Below, piece after piece: positions 1-9,950 of a stretch of DNA of 32,446 nucleotides. Source of the stretch: a virus (taxonomy: Duplodnaviria; Caudoviricetes); the IMG/VR virus record IMGVR_UViG_3300005805_000277, positions 1 through 32,446 of that record; one strand, written 5' to 3'. Each line of letters begins with the position of its first letter. Position 1 is the first letter of the stretch. A program made the translations under genes and the position numbers. Under the pieces are notes generated by a model. The model did no database searches. It was not told the DNA's origin and saw only the letters and a program-made list of their open reading frames with translations.

Positions 1-230
1 GTAACATCTAATGATCCTGTTATCGCTACACTTCCAGATATAAAGATAGAACCGCTAGTCAAGGTGTTTGTGGATACTAACGCCTCAACAGATTCCCCAG
101 AACTGCCAGATTTTCTCAAAAATACCTTGGCATCGTTGACATTTATAGCCAACTCTCCCAGTTCCAAGGAGGAAGTGCTTGGTACGGAACCTGCGGTTAG
201 GCTCCGTTTATGTAATATTCTATCTGCCAT
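1..230 (-). CDS. Tail fibre-like protein, N-terminal part (runs off window edge)
   Basis: Not in ORF track; manual translation from ATG at 230: MADRILHKRSLTAGSVPSTSSLELGELAINVNDAKVFLRK..., open to position 1. The KRS...P...L..GELAIN..D...F motif resembles the T4 gp37 N-terminus as recalled. Confidence 0.75.
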   Translation of the reverse strand, partial: MADRILHKRSLTAGSVPSTSSLELGELAINVNDAKVFLRKSGSSGESVEALVSTNTLTSGSIFISGSVAITGSLDV

Positions 231-234
231 CTAG

Positions 235-242
235 TATAAATA
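235..242 (-). promoter_or_regulatory. TATTTATA motif (putative late promoter), 4 nt before ATG
   Basis: Exact copy of the recurrent intergenic motif; + strand TATAAATA. Confidence 0.6.
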
Positions 243-265
243 TTATTTCAATCGGGTTATTTTAA

Positions 266-2407
266 CTATAATTTCGTGATTGTCACATATCCATGACCCT
301 GATTACTGTTTGAAGAACCTGTTACAAGAGAACCAGTGTAGTAGCTACCTCCACCACCACCAAATTGGCTGTTGGATTGTCCAGAGTTACCTCCAGCACC
401 TCCACCAGAGTATCCTCCTCCACCTCCTGCGAAAGCTATTACGTTACCGTCTCCACCACCATCTCCATCTACAGCACTTCCACCGCCTCCAAATCCTCCT
501 ACGACTCCATTCACGTTGCCTATTGATCCAGTAGTACCTCCTAACCAGTTTCCTAATCTAGATAGACCTTGTCCTCCATTAGCATTTGATCCAGAGTTAG
601 CTATACCAGCACCAGGACCTCCATATAGAATATTTCTAGTGCTTATTCTACCACCACTTCCAGCAAATCCACCAGATGCAAAGAATCCACTACCAATAGT
701 AACAGTAGATCCAGATGTATTATCGAACTTACCACTAGCAGTAGCTTGGTTAGTGAATAGGTTAGCAGCAGCGCCTGCAGCTCCTCCACCACCACCTATA
801 GCCATATAGTAAGTAATAGTTGTATTATCGTACACAAATGTACCACCACCACCAGATCCACCATTAAATGCAGCAGCTCCTGATCCAGTGTATCTATTTC
901 CTCCCATCTGACCCACTACAATAGCAAGTTGTTGGCTCTGACTTAATGATATATCAGATGTTACTGTTGCACCAAATCCGCCTGTATAGTTCAAACTAGG
1001 ACTACTACCGCCCGCTGCACCTGCAGCTGTAATGCGGTAAGTAGCTGTTTGAGGAACAGTCCATAACTGTATACCTTGAATAGATGAAGTAAAGTAAGCA
1101 GTATTAGTTACCCATCCACTAGCAGAAGGAGATCCTGAATAAGCTGTCAGCATAGATGTATAGGTAGGACCTGTTCTTCCTGATGCTGAAGCATTGGTAA
1201 ATGTGAACGAAGTAAATTCGTATAAACCAGAAGCTGTAGCTTGAGTTATATTCCACTTATTGAATAAGTATGCTTCTGTATTACTGATTTCAGTTGAATT
1301 TAATGCTTTAGTATACAATAATAATTCTCCTGCATATCCATTATAATCATTGTTTAAACTTGCATCTGTTCCTACTAGTACTGCGTTTATATTAGCCGAA
1401 GTAGATGAACTTACATTGGTTTGGAATGTCAATGTCCTTTCTAGTCCATCTATTCTGTACTTTAATCTATTAGAGTTACCTGTCTGAGTACCATCAAATA
1501 CTAATGTATGTACGTGCCATTGAGTATCTGGAGTTACATTTGCTATTGCACTACCGCTAGCCATTGCTACTTTGTATCCAGATGATCCACTTATGAATAT
1601 GTCATACTGATTAGTTGCGGTATAGGATACACCACTTTTAACAACACCTTGTACAACTTGCTGATTAATAGCAGCATTCAATGTCTTACCTACCCAAATC
1701 ATTGTAGATCCAGTAATGGATTGCAAAGAGTTAAGAGGGGCTTCTAATCCATCTTCTACGGAATCAAAATACAAAGCTGATTTACCATTCTGTATACTAG
1801 CAGTGTATAGAGGTCTTGTAGATGCAGCTCCCACAGGTGCTGCGTTGTGTGCAGTAGCAGACTTGTCATTCCACTGAGTAATAGCTTGTCCATCACTAGG
1901 GTTGCTAGGTTGGAATTGAGTACTGTCTGCACCATCATACCATATCTGTAGTGTTGGATCTGACGGTGTTGGAGGAACTGGTGTTGGTGTTGGAGTAGGT
2001 GTAGGAGTTGCTGTTGGAGCAGGAGTAGGTGTTGGAGTATTAGTAGGAGCAGGAGTAGCAGTAGGTGTGCTAGTAGGTAAAGGCGTTGCTGTAGGCGTTG
2101 GTGTTGGCGTAGCACTTGGACCAGGTGTAGGAGTAGCTGTTGGTGCTGGTGTATTAGTAGGTACTGGGGTAGCTGTAGGAGTAGGTGTCGGAGTATTAGT
2201 AGGTACAGCAGTAGCAGTAGGAGATGGAGTAGGTGTAGCAGTTGCTACTGGTGTAGGTGTTGGTGTGGCGGTTGGAGATGGAGTATTTGTTGGTCCTGGA
2301 GTTGGGGGCACATAAGATCCGTTTATGAGACTAAAAGATCCGGTTTGTGCTACTCTTAGTAACTGAAAGCTACCACTACCATTTATATTTCTTAGCTCAA
2401 GTGTCAT
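266..2407 (-). CDS. Virion fibre/decoration protein: Pro/Thr linker, LamG/ConA-like domain, glycine-rich C-terminal domain
   Basis: About 115 aa of PT/PTA repeats, then LQIWYDG..QWNDKS..ELLLY..AL...I...EAYL..KW (LamG-like), then WTVP...Y.I.A.GA.GG...GGGGG...GYV.IT (Gly-rich domain). Confidence 0.7.
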   Translation of the reverse strand: MTLELRNINGSGSFQLLRVAQTGSFSLINGSYVPPTPGPTNTPSPTATPTPTPVATATPTPSPTATAVPTNTPTPTPTATPVPTNTPAPTATPTPGPSATPTPTPTATPLPTSTPTATPAPTNTPTPTPAPTATPTPTPTPTPVPPTPSDPTLQIWYDGADSTQFQPSNPSDGQAITQWNDKSATAHNAAPVGAASTRPLYTASIQNGKSALYFDSVEDGLEAPLNSLQSITGSTMIWVGKTLNAAINQQVVQGVVKSGVSYTATNQYDIFISGSSGYKVAMASGSAIANVTPDTQWHVHTLVFDGTQTGNSNRLKYRIDGLERTLTFQTNVSSSTSANINAVLVGTDASLNNDYNGYAGELLLYTKALNSTEISNTEAYLFNKWNITQATASGLYEFTSFTFTNASASGRTGPTYTSMLTAYSGSPSASGWVTNTAYFTSSIQGIQLWTVPQTATYRITAAGAAGGSSPSLNYTGGFGATVTSDISLSQSQQLAIVVGQMGGNRYTGSGAAAFNGGSGGGGTFVYDNTTITYYMAIGGGGGAAGAAANLFTNQATASGKFDNTSGSTVTIGSGFFASGGFAGSGGRISTRNILYGGPGAGIANSGSNANGGQGLSRLGNWLGGTTGSIGNVNGVVGGFGGGGSAVDGDGGGDGNVIAFAGGGGGYSGGGAGGNSGQSNSQFGGGGGSYYTGSLVTGSSNSNQGHGYVTITKL
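1965..2308 (-). repeat. Degenerate Pro-Thr coding repeat (PTPTPTAT / PTNT units)
   Basis: GTAGG/GTTGG/GTGT-rich periodic DNA encoding a mucin-like linker; boundaries approximate. Confidence 0.85.
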
Positions 2408-4233
2408 TAATAAAACCCTCCATCTATGTAACTAGCTGATATAGCATATGAGCTTGTTACTGCCACAGATGCGCTGACAGCATAGCTAGCAGTTAAAGCG
2501 TAAGAAGAAGATATAGCACTAGAAGCAGTGCCAAGTAGTGATCCTGTAATACCTCCTTCAACTTCTAAACTGCCTGTTAATCTAATCAAATTAGTTACTA
2601 ACATGGAGCCGCTGAATATCATCGTATCAGCGTTAGAGAACACAACTAATGACCCTGTATCACCTACAAATGTGCTTGATCCAGTAACAGTTAATGAACC
2701 AGATATTACTACATCTTGAAATAAAGGAGTTACATAGGATGCGGTAAGTGCGTTAGAAGCTGTAGTAGCGTTAACTGCATAAGATGCAGACAACGCATAC
2801 GATGCACTATTTGCTTGGCTAGAGCTTACTGAGTACGAAGAAGATAAAGCATATGATGCGCTTAAAGCATATGATGCGCTTAAAGCATAACTTGAACTTA
2901 TAGCTACACTAGATGATACAGTGTAAGATGAGCTAATTGTATTTCTTGCCCAACTTGCTGTACCATATAAACTACCAGTTATTCCAGATGTTACAGTTAA
3001 TGATCCTGATACTACACTGTTAGCAGTGATTATCACTCTACCATCCGCAGTTAATGTGAGCGCTGGAATAAGACTAGAGCTATTGAACAAGTATACATTG
3101 TACCCATCGGTAGTATTTCCTAACCATAGGTTATGTCCTGTAGAATATAGATAAGCGTCGTTAGGCCCTCCTAGGTATCCAGCGAAGTTTTCACTGTTAA
3201 TACCCATGTCAATGTAATGGATAGTCTCATTACCATTATTGGCAGTAGCTACCACATCAGAGGATGCACTAATACCCTGGTTGGTATTCTGTATATTAAG
3301 CTGTAGGTAGTTATTAAGATTACCTTTACCGCTTATTACATTGATTGATGTAGGGTCTGTCTGGAATACGTATAAGGCTTCTGGGTTTCCTGTGGTGAAA
3401 CTAGTCTCATTTATAGCAATAAATGAACCAGATTGGTACATTATGCTAGGCTCTAACGAGTTAGAACCGCTATACACAGGAATGTAGTTATCTACACCAT
3501 TAATATTGGTAGAATAGGACGAAGTAAGTGCATTTATAGCCCAGCTAGAGGTACCGTGTACGCTAGCAGTAAGGTTATTTATGGTTGCAGGACCTATTAC
3601 ACTGAGAGATCCTGTCATCTGTACACTACCAGTGAAGGATTGTACGTCAGTTACGGAGTCTCCAAACACATTACTACCACTACTGTATATGACAGATGAG
3701 GTTACAGTCTGTACATGCAGTGTTTGTGCGGTGATTGTACCTGTAATTACCGCATTTGATGCGGAGATATCTTGAGACACTGATACAGATCCGCTAATTA
3801 CCTGATTTCCAGTAAAAATATTGGATCCAGTGGTAGCTAAAGAGGCTGATTTCTCAGAAAATACAGGGTCTACCTCATTAAAATGAGACGCTGATATAGC
3901 GTATGATGAGCTATATGCATTAGATGCACTTAATGCATATGATGCACTTAAAGCATAAGACGATGTTGTACTATTAGCTGAGTATGAAGCTGTTAGAGCA
4001 TAGGATGCAGATACTGCATAGGATGAACTGAAGGCATAAGATGCGCTAACTGCTGCTGATGCACTTACTGAATAGGAGGCACTATCCGCAAAAGAGGATG
4101 TACCAAACATGGAACCTGTAACGGAACCGCTAATACTTGCTGTTACCGACGTAGCGGTAATGCTATCAGTGACGTTTACGGTATTAAATGAGACATTGTC
4201 ACCTTCTCTAGGTATTCGCAGCCATTGTGCCAT
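2407..4233 (-). CDS. Tail fibre shaft-like protein, Ser/Ala/Tyr-rich
   Basis: Repeated [11 protein letters not shown] hexads, recurring ISGSL.VTG beta-repeats, C-terminus IDGGFY; lies in tail cluster. Confidence 0.65.
   Translation of the reverse strand: MAQWLRIPREGDNVSFNTVNVTDSITATSVTASISGSVTGSMFGTSSFADSASYSVSASAAVSASYAFSSSYAVSASYALTASYSANSTTSSYALSASYALSASNAYSSSYAISASHFNEVDPVFSEKSASLATTGSNIFTGNQVISGSVSVSQDISASNAVITGTITAQTLHVQTVTSSVIYSSGSNVFGDSVTDVQSFTGSVQMTGSLSVIGPATINNLTASVHGTSSWAINALTSSYSTNINGVDNYIPVYSGSNSLEPSIMYQSGSFIAINETSFTTGNPEALYVFQTDPTSINVISGKGNLNNYLQLNIQNTNQGISASSDVVATANNGNETIHYIDMGINSENFAGYLGGPNDAYLYSTGHNLWLGNTTDGYNVYLFNSSSLIPALTLTADGRVIITANSVVSGSLTVTSGITGSLYGTASWARNTISSSYTVSSSVAISSSYALSASYALSASYALSSSYSVSSSQANSASYALSASYAVNATTASNALTASYVTPLFQDVVISGSLTVTGSSTFVGDTGSLVVFSNADTMIFSGSMLVTNLIRLTGSLEVEGGITGSLLGTASSAISSSYALTASYAVSASVAVTSSYAISASYIDGGFY
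2845..2889. repeat. 18-bp tandem repeat, 2.5 copies (TAAAGCATATGATGCGCT)
   Basis: Exact tandem copies encoding YALSAS hexads; a diverged relative lies near 3920-3957. Confidence 0.9.
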
Positions 4234-4270
4234 CTAACTTTTTGCCTTTTTTTAGTTCTCTATCCTTAGA

Positions 4271-4278
4271 TATAAATA
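4271..4278 (-). promoter_or_regulatory. TATTTATA motif (putative late promoter)
   Basis: Exact motif 37 nt upstream of the ATG at 4233; context GATATTTATA. Confidence 0.6.
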
Positions 4279-4287
4279 TCAAATGAA

Positions 4288-4551
4288 CTAAAAAGACTCA
4301 TTTCCAAGATCAAGAGTTTGGTTACTGCTAGTGACAGACAGAACTCCCAGTCCTTCAATGCTTAATGAGCCACTAAAGGTAGTAGGAGTGACCTCAGATT
4401 TACCAATTACAGCTGATCCGCTAATGGTTATTGCTGGCTCAAAAGAAGATGTTTGAATGAATATAGCAGAGCCCAATACAGAGATAGATCCTGTCACCTC
4501 TATATTGCCTTCAAATATTTTTTCAAACTGTTTTGATCTAATAATGGCCAT
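4288..4551 (-). CDS. Small tail-associated hypothetical protein
   Basis: ATG at 4551 (MAIIRSKQ) follows the upstream stop; TGS/ISGS beta-repeats like the neighbouring fibre; C-terminal LDLGNESF. Confidence 0.6.
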   Translation of the reverse strand: MAIIRSKQFEKIFEGNIEVTGSISVLGSAIFIQTSSFEPAITISGSAVIGKSEVTPTTFSGSLSIEGLGVLSVTSSNQTLDLGNESF

Positions 4552-4552
4552 A

Positions 4553-5809
4553 TTATACAAATTTACCCACAGCTATTACCTCATCTCTACTATCCAAATA
4601 GTATCCCAGACTTCCAGTGTTGATAGTAAGCACTGTAGCACTTCCTGATTGGTCAAATGATACAATGTGAGGATACTCTACATTCACACCATTTACGAAG
4701 AACTTGAAGTCTACGACGCTAGAAGATGGTAATTGAGATGATGTTGGTGGCTGTTTAATTGTTGTATTATAAAACGCAGCAGAATTATACGTGATAAAAT
4801 CTGCAACTTCAGTCTTACTACTGTTCAAATACTCGATAGTTTGTAGATCAAGGATAGATATGTTATCAATATTGTTTGTTACATTTACAGTAACTCCTTC
4901 TGGGATATACGCAGTTTTAGCTAATGGGCTAGCTGCTGCTGTAAACCTAACACTATCCAATTCTTGATCTGTGGTCTCTAATGTGAATAGTATTTGAGTC
5001 TTAGAACGATACTTGAATGAATTAGAAGCCAAATATCGATCTATATTGTTTGGAGTAAGGTATCCATTCAACACTAAACTAAAAGTGCTTATAAATCTCC
5101 TATCTTCTCCATCAGTAATTTGATTAGTGATAGGGAAGTTATCAATCTTTGCTTTGAATAGGAACCTTCCAGGCATTCCCCAATAGGAATCTGATCTAAA
5201 ACCAATTGCTTCTATGATTTTATTTAAGTCTTCATAGAAGGATACATATATGTTACATGTGTATGTTATTGTGTAATAGTCAGGAACTACCACATTATAG
5301 AACTCTTTTACAGGAGATCTATTGGTAAGTACAGAAAAGTTGTCATATTGATTTTTTGTACTATATCTTTTCTCGTAGTTCTGATATATGTTTACTTTAT
5401 TGCCGTCTAATTTATTTGCAATTGACCTATTTCTTTCTAGATTATCACGTTTAATTGTGATAATAGGAAGCATGATTCTACCATCTTTGTCTCTGTATAG
5501 ACCATCTTTTTGAGCAGTTTTCCACTTCTCTGCATCTGCAAATTCTACAGGAATGTTGTACTTACTTCCTTCATTAATAACGTATGGCTTAATTACCTCT
5601 TTAAAATAATATAATATAGCACTATCTATATCCTCAAGACCTACTGATATATTCTTTATTTGTTCTCCTCTTAAAGAATTATCCTCACCTCTTTTATAAT
5701 CTTGTATAGGAGGCTTCTGCACAGTATTATACTGTACTTCAATATTATCGTTTAATATCTCTGCCTCTGTTTTTGGAATATTCTTTATGACTCTTTTTTG
5801 TAATGGCAC
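4553..5809 (-). CDS. gp15: T4 gp15-like tail terminator / sheath stabiliser with C-terminal extension
   Basis: IPVEFADAEKW...MLPIITIKR...PDYYTITY motifs; follows gp13/gp14-like genes. Confidence 0.65.
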   Translation of the reverse strand: MPLQKRVIKNIPKTEAEILNDNIEVQYNTVQKPPIQDYKRGEDNSLRGEQIKNISVGLEDIDSAILYYFKEVIKPYVINEGSKYNIPVEFADAEKWKTAQKDGLYRDKDGRIMLPIITIKRDNLERNRSIANKLDGNKVNIYQNYEKRYSTKNQYDNFSVLTNRSPVKEFYNVVVPDYYTITYTCNIYVSFYEDLNKIIEAIGFRSDSYWGMPGRFLFKAKIDNFPITNQITDGEDRRFISTFSLVLNGYLTPNNIDRYLASNSFKYRSKTQILFTLETTDQELDSVRFTAAASPLAKTAYIPEGVTVNVTNNIDNISILDLQTIEYLNSSKTEVADFITYNSAAFYNTTIKQPPTSSQLPSSSVVDFKFFVNGVNVEYPHIVSFDQSGSATVLTINTGSLGYYLDSRDEVIAVGKFV

Positions 5810-5811
5810 TC

Positions 5812-6300
5812 TTAAGTAGTTTTAATGATGTTCAACTTATTAACACTTGTCAAGTGAGATCTGCATATCATAGACCATGATTCACCATACTTCTGTAGAT
5901 CTTCCTCTAGAGAATACTCTGGGTTCTTTCCCATTATTCTCTGATTCTCTATGATTAGATCTACTTCATAATATGCCTCTTGCCAACATATAATATCACC
6001 AGCTTCTGGTACTAAATTTATATCTATTAGATCATCTCTGAGGAATCTGAAATCAACTAACTGTGCCCTTGACTTACCGTATGTATCATCTTCAGATGTT
6101 TGATCAGACACACTATAGAAACACGCAATCAATAATGGTTGATTGTACATCTTATTCTTAGACTCACCATACATATTATATCTAGTCTCTGATAGAGATA
6201 GTTTATAATACAATACTTCTTCTGCGACAATTCTATTAACTAATTGACGTGAATGGTGTCTAAAGAATGATCTTGCTCTCGGTCCTCCAAATAATGCCAT
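5812..6300 (-). CDS. gp14: T4 gp14-like neck / head-closure protein
   Basis: VLYY...NMYGESKNK...PEAGDIICW...YEV motifs; synteny. Confidence 0.7.
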   Translation of the reverse strand: MALFGGPRARSFFRHHSRQLVNRIVAEEVLYYKLSLSETRYNMYGESKNKMYNQPLLIACFYSVSDQTSEDDTYGKSRAQLVDFRFLRDDLIDINLVPEAGDIICWQEAYYEVDLIIENQRIMGKNPEYSLEEDLQKYGESWSMICRSHLTSVNKLNIIKTT

Positions 6301-6312
6301 CAGTTAATCTGT

Positions 6313-7479
6313 TTAAGCTATGTAAATAGCCATAGGAAAATTAACAAATGTATCACGCATCATGGATGCTTCATTTGCTTTTTTCTCCAATTGCTTTTGT
6401 CTTGATGTATCATCTAATGTTCCTCTCAATTGCTCTATCAAAGCAGTTTTCTCTGTAGCTGATTGATCTATAAGAATTTGTCCATTTATAGTAGTTTCAG
6501 ATCCAGGAACAGGAATTTGACTGTACACTCCACGAATATTACCTAATGTCTCTTTAGCTATAGCAAGTGCATAATCAAATATCCACTTCTTAAATATTGA
6601 ATTGATTTGACTATATACAATATTTGTAAATGGAGTGTTGCTTACATTTGTAATCAAATTTGTAGCATTTGTTCTTGATATAGCGTTACGCTCTGACTTC
6701 TTTATGTAAGTAAAAATCAATTTCCTCTCAAATGTAGGAATAGGGAATATTCTCAATTGATTGTTTACAAGTTCAAATGTATATGCTGATTTACGTATTT
6801 GATCATTGAATTCAATCGCTTGTATTTTCAACGCATCAAAATATACAGGCATCAACATGAAGTTAATACCAGGAGAGAATTGTCCAAATCCAAATGTTTC
6901 CATTAATGATTGTAGACCAGTACCAGTACCAGCATATGGATCGAAGTACCTCACAATAGCAGGAGGCGCTTCATAGAATACTCTTTTCACTTCAATACTA
7001 TCACCAGGTGTAAGGGACGCAGATTGACTAGCCCATACATTCAAATCATAGAATTGCTTATTAACTTCTAGGTCTAAAGCTCCGCTATAATAAGTAATAT
7101 TACCACCACTACCTACTTCACTTCCGTAGTCTGTGGCAATACGAATCATATTACCAAAGTTTGGTTGAATCAGGGTGTTGTTAAGTGTACTACCCGTACT
7201 ATTACCCTCAAGAGATAAGTAGTTCTCTCTTACTTTGTATTCGTATAGTTCCTTTCCATATACGGTAACAGCATCCTCTAATGCTGCATAGAAGTTGATA
7301 TCCTGTAATTCTATCTCCATGATAGGATATCCTAGACGTCTCGCAGCAAATTTAGCAAAGCGCTGTCCGTCTATTTGGAACTGCGCATCCGCATCATAAT
7401 ACCCAAAAGGAGTGTTACCAGAGACTGGTAAGAGGGCTACGGATTCGTCGTAATATTGTATTTCTACCTGTCCTGCCAT
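6313..7479 (-). CDS. gp13: T4 gp13-like neck / head-tail adaptor protein
   Basis: RRLGYPIMEIEL and WIFDYALAIAKETLGNIRG...PG...TING motifs. Confidence 0.8.
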   Translation of the reverse strand: MAGQVEIQYYDESVALLPVSGNTPFGYYDADAQFQIDGQRFAKFAARRLGYPIMEIELQDINFYAALEDAVTVYGKELYEYKVRENYLSLEGNSTGSTLNNTLIQPNFGNMIRIATDYGSEVGSGGNITYYSGALDLEVNKQFYDLNVWASQSASLTPGDSIEVKRVFYEAPPAIVRYFDPYAGTGTGLQSLMETFGFGQFSPGINFMLMPVYFDALKIQAIEFNDQIRKSAYTFELVNNQLRIFPIPTFERKLIFTYIKKSERNAISRTNATNLITNVSNTPFTNIVYSQINSIFKKWIFDYALAIAKETLGNIRGVYSQIPVPGSETTINGQILIDQSATEKTALIEQLRGTLDDTSRQKQLEKKANEASMMRDTFVNFPMAIYIA

Positions 7480-7495
7480 TTATATTCTTTGTAAA

Positions 7496-7503
7496 TATAA
7501 ATA
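7496..7503 (-). promoter_or_regulatory. TATTTATA motif (putative late promoter)
   Basis: Exact motif 16 nt upstream of the neck gene ATG. Confidence 0.6.
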
Positions 7504-7506
7504 TGC

Positions 7507-8196
7507 TTAACTTCTGTATTGTTCGAACACAGACAGCACAGGATCCACTATAGGGTGTCTGTGGTTTGTCAAAAGGTTTATGATGGTGAAACCAGGGATA
7601 TCTTTCATGTGTTTACAGACAAAGTCAAAGCCAGAATCCTTCTTATTACGCAAATCTATCTGGGCTGAGTCTCCACAGATGATAATCTTCGACCCAAGAC
7701 AAAGACGTCCTAGAATCAGCTCTAATTGCGTCTCAGAACAGTTTTGAGCCTCGTCTACAATAACCACACAATTGGTAAAGTTAAATCCTCTTAGAAAACC
7801 CACTGGAATGATCTCTATAGACCCTTCCGTTACTAGTTTTTCTATCTTTTCCTTACCGCATAGCCTAAACATGTTGTCATATACGGGGGCGGTGAAAGGG
7901 GCCATTTTCTCTTCTTTGGTTCCTGGGAGAAATCCTATCTGTTCTCCTGCTGTAATAGCTGGTCGTGCAATGATTATCTTCTCCACTTCTTTTTTAAACA
8001 GGAGATCTAGGGCTACTTGCGCAGCTAATAGCGATTTACCACTACCTGCTTTACCTCTTATGACAGATACGTCACTACGGATAATCTTTTCCTTTGACTC
8101 TTTCTGTTCCTCGTTTAGGGAGATATTAAATTTGATGGGATTTTTCGGAACTTTCTTTGGTTTAAACACTGGATCAGTGTGATGATTTGAAGGCAT
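7507..8196 (-). CDS. phoH: PhoH-family ATPase
   Basis: Walker A GKAGSGKS, IGFLPG, FLRGFNF, Walker B IVDEAQN, GDSAQID, HRHPIV. Confidence 0.93.
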   Translation of the reverse strand: MPSNHHTDPVFKPKKVPKNPIKFNISLNEEQKESKEKIIRSDVSVIRGKAGSGKSLLAAQVALDLLFKKEVEKIIIARPAITAGEQIGFLPGTKEEKMAPFTAPVYDNMFRLCGKEKIEKLVTEGSIEIIPVGFLRGFNFTNCVVIVDEAQNCSETQLELILGRLCLGSKIIICGDSAQIDLRNKKDSGFDFVCKHMKDIPGFTIINLLTNHRHPIVDPVLSVFEQYRS

Positions 8197-8207
8197 AAAC
8201 TGTTTTA

Positions 8208-8215
8208 TATAAATA
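8208..8215 (-). promoter_or_regulatory. TATTTATA motif (putative late promoter)
   Basis: Exact motif 11 nt upstream of phoH ATG, directly after the capsid terminator. Confidence 0.6.
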
Positions 8216-8221
8216 GCTTAT

Positions 8222-8252
8222 AAAAACAAAAAAGCCAGGATTTCTCCTGGCT
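8222..8252 (-). terminator. Rho-independent terminator after major capsid gene
   Basis: Minus strand AGCCAGGA-GAAA-TCCTGGCT then TTTTTGTTTTT: 8-bp stem, GNRA loop, U tract. Confidence 0.88.
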
Positions 8253-8278
8253 CTTTATGTATTTTAGACCTAGTTAGA

Positions 8279-9919
8279 CTAGAATCCAATGTTAAGGTCA
8301 GCTACCTCGATCTTTCCGAAGAATTCCGCACGGAGCATTTTCTTTGCGTAACGAGTCATCAAACCTTTTCTTGGAGTGAAGGTCTCAGGATCGTACAACA
8401 AAGGAGTCATGATCAACGGAATATAAGGACAGAAAGCAGCACCAGTCTCAAGGAACTGGCTACCCTTGTAAGCCAAAAGAACAGTGTTCTCGTTCATGTA
8501 TGGGTTAACATACACTTTGTAGCGACTATTCAATTGACCAGCCTTATGAGATCCCATAGCAAATTCCTCTTTGCTACCATCTGTATCAGCAGCATATCCA
8601 GGGATAGACTCGATGATAGTTGCAATAGCAGGAGATGTCATGAGGACGTTAGCTTGTCCACGAAGGGTTTTCTTATGGATTTGGCGAGCTACAGATTGGA
8701 TCTTAGTACCCAAAGTAGCGAACCACTGTCCTTGTGTGTTGTAATATCCACCAGCACCAGCTGAAGCTTGGCTCCATGTACCTGTTACCTTGTTGTAGAA
8801 GGTATTAGATGATGCAGACCAGAACTCAGTAGTGTTAGCGTTTTGGATCAACATGTCGATGATTTCGAGGTCGATCTCAAGAGAGATATACTCAGACAAA
8901 GTAGAAGTCAATTCAGCCTCAGCATCCAAAGATTGGTATGCGTTAAGGTCTTGGCTGAATTCTGGAGTCCACTTAGCCTTTAGTTTTCTTGTTTTAGCAA
9001 CTACAGCCTCAGAACGAAGTTCAACGTTGATCTCAGGGATAGCGTTAGAACCAGTCAAAGGAGCAGAAGTTGTATCTTCGAAGTCACCACGGCTGTTGTC
9101 AGCAGGTTGCTTCTGATAGAATACAGTACCTGAACCAGAACCGAGGTTCAATTGTCCTGCAGAACCAGAAACGATGAAAGACAAAGTGTCGTTAGAAGCG
9201 TAAGCTGTAAATTCAGCCAACAAGTTGCTTTCGTTAACACCACTACCAGTTACGATGAAACCACGTACACCGTTGATATCAAGTCCAGAAAGTGAACCAC
9301 TAGCAGAAGTGATTGACAACTTACGGAGTTTACCAGCAGCAGCTGAAGCAGAGTAAATAGAGTTGAAATTTACGTCAGCAGCAGAGGCAGTAGTGATAGT
9401 ATAGGTAGCAGAAGCAGAATAGTTGTTGATAGAGTAGCCAAAGCGACCAGCGCCATAAAGACCACCTGAAGGATCAACATCTTTTACGTTTGTTGTACCG
9501 TACATGCTGTCACCAGACACGAAACGGTTTTGCTGTGCAGTACCTGGACGGTTAGTGCCATACTTGAATTCAAGGAAGAACACAAGACCAGCAGGCAATG
9601 TCATAGGTTGTACGCTAACGAATTCTTTAGCTGAGATATCAGCGAAGATCTTACGTACGAGAGGAAGAGCTACACCAGCCCATTGCTCACCAGCACCTAC
9701 GGTAAAAGTACCGCCAGTACCAGTTTGAGATTGCTCAACCATAAGTTGCTTAGCTTGGTTTTCAAGAATGATCGCCATTCTTTCTTTACCGTAAGCTTGC
9801 TTACTTAGATCAGCACCCTCAAGAAGGCCTGTAGATTCCCATTTTTTTACCAACCTCTGTGCTTCCGCCATTTGGGAAACATAAGGGTTAGAACTTTCGA
9901 GAAGGGATTGTACATTCAT
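8279..9919 (-). CDS. gp23: Major capsid protein (T4 gp23-like)
   Basis: VSVQPMTLPAGLVF, AKTRKLKAKWTPEFSQDL, DAEAEL...EIDLEII, FCPYIPL, FTPRKGLMTRYA. Confidence 0.96.
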   Translation of the reverse strand: MNVQSLLESSNPYVSQMAEAQRLVKKWESTGLLEGADLSKQAYGKERMAIILENQAKQLMVEQSQTGTGGTFTVGAGEQWAGVALPLVRKIFADISAKEFVSVQPMTLPAGLVFFLEFKYGTNRPGTAQQNRFVSGDSMYGTTNVKDVDPSGGLYGAGRFGYSINNYSASATYTITTASAADVNFNSIYSASAAAGKLRKLSITSASGSLSGLDINGVRGFIVTGSGVNESNLLAEFTAYASNDTLSFIVSGSAGQLNLGSGSGTVFYQKQPADNSRGDFEDTTSAPLTGSNAIPEINVELRSEAVVAKTRKLKAKWTPEFSQDLNAYQSLDAEAELTSTLSEYISLEIDLEIIDMLIQNANTTEFWSASSNTFYNKVTGTWSQASAGAGGYYNTQGQWFATLGTKIQSVARQIHKKTLRGQANVLMTSPAIATIIESIPGYAADTDGSKEEFAMGSHKAGQLNSRYKVYVNPYMNENTVLLAYKGSQFLETGAAFCPYIPLIMTPLLYDPETFTPRKGLMTRYAKKMLRAEFFGKIEVADLNIGF

Positions 9920-9950
9920 TTTTTGAGAATTTTTATTGTTTTGTTTTTAA

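Noticed and set aside
1756-2115. Alternative-frame minus ORF rich in Gln/Leu/His (also 16217-16465)
   Set aside because: Frame-shifted reading of the PT repeat or of the portal gene; no independent support.
1965-2308. Periodic repeats as a possible CRISPR array
   Set aside because: Degenerate codon-level repeats with no constant repeat and unique spacer structure.
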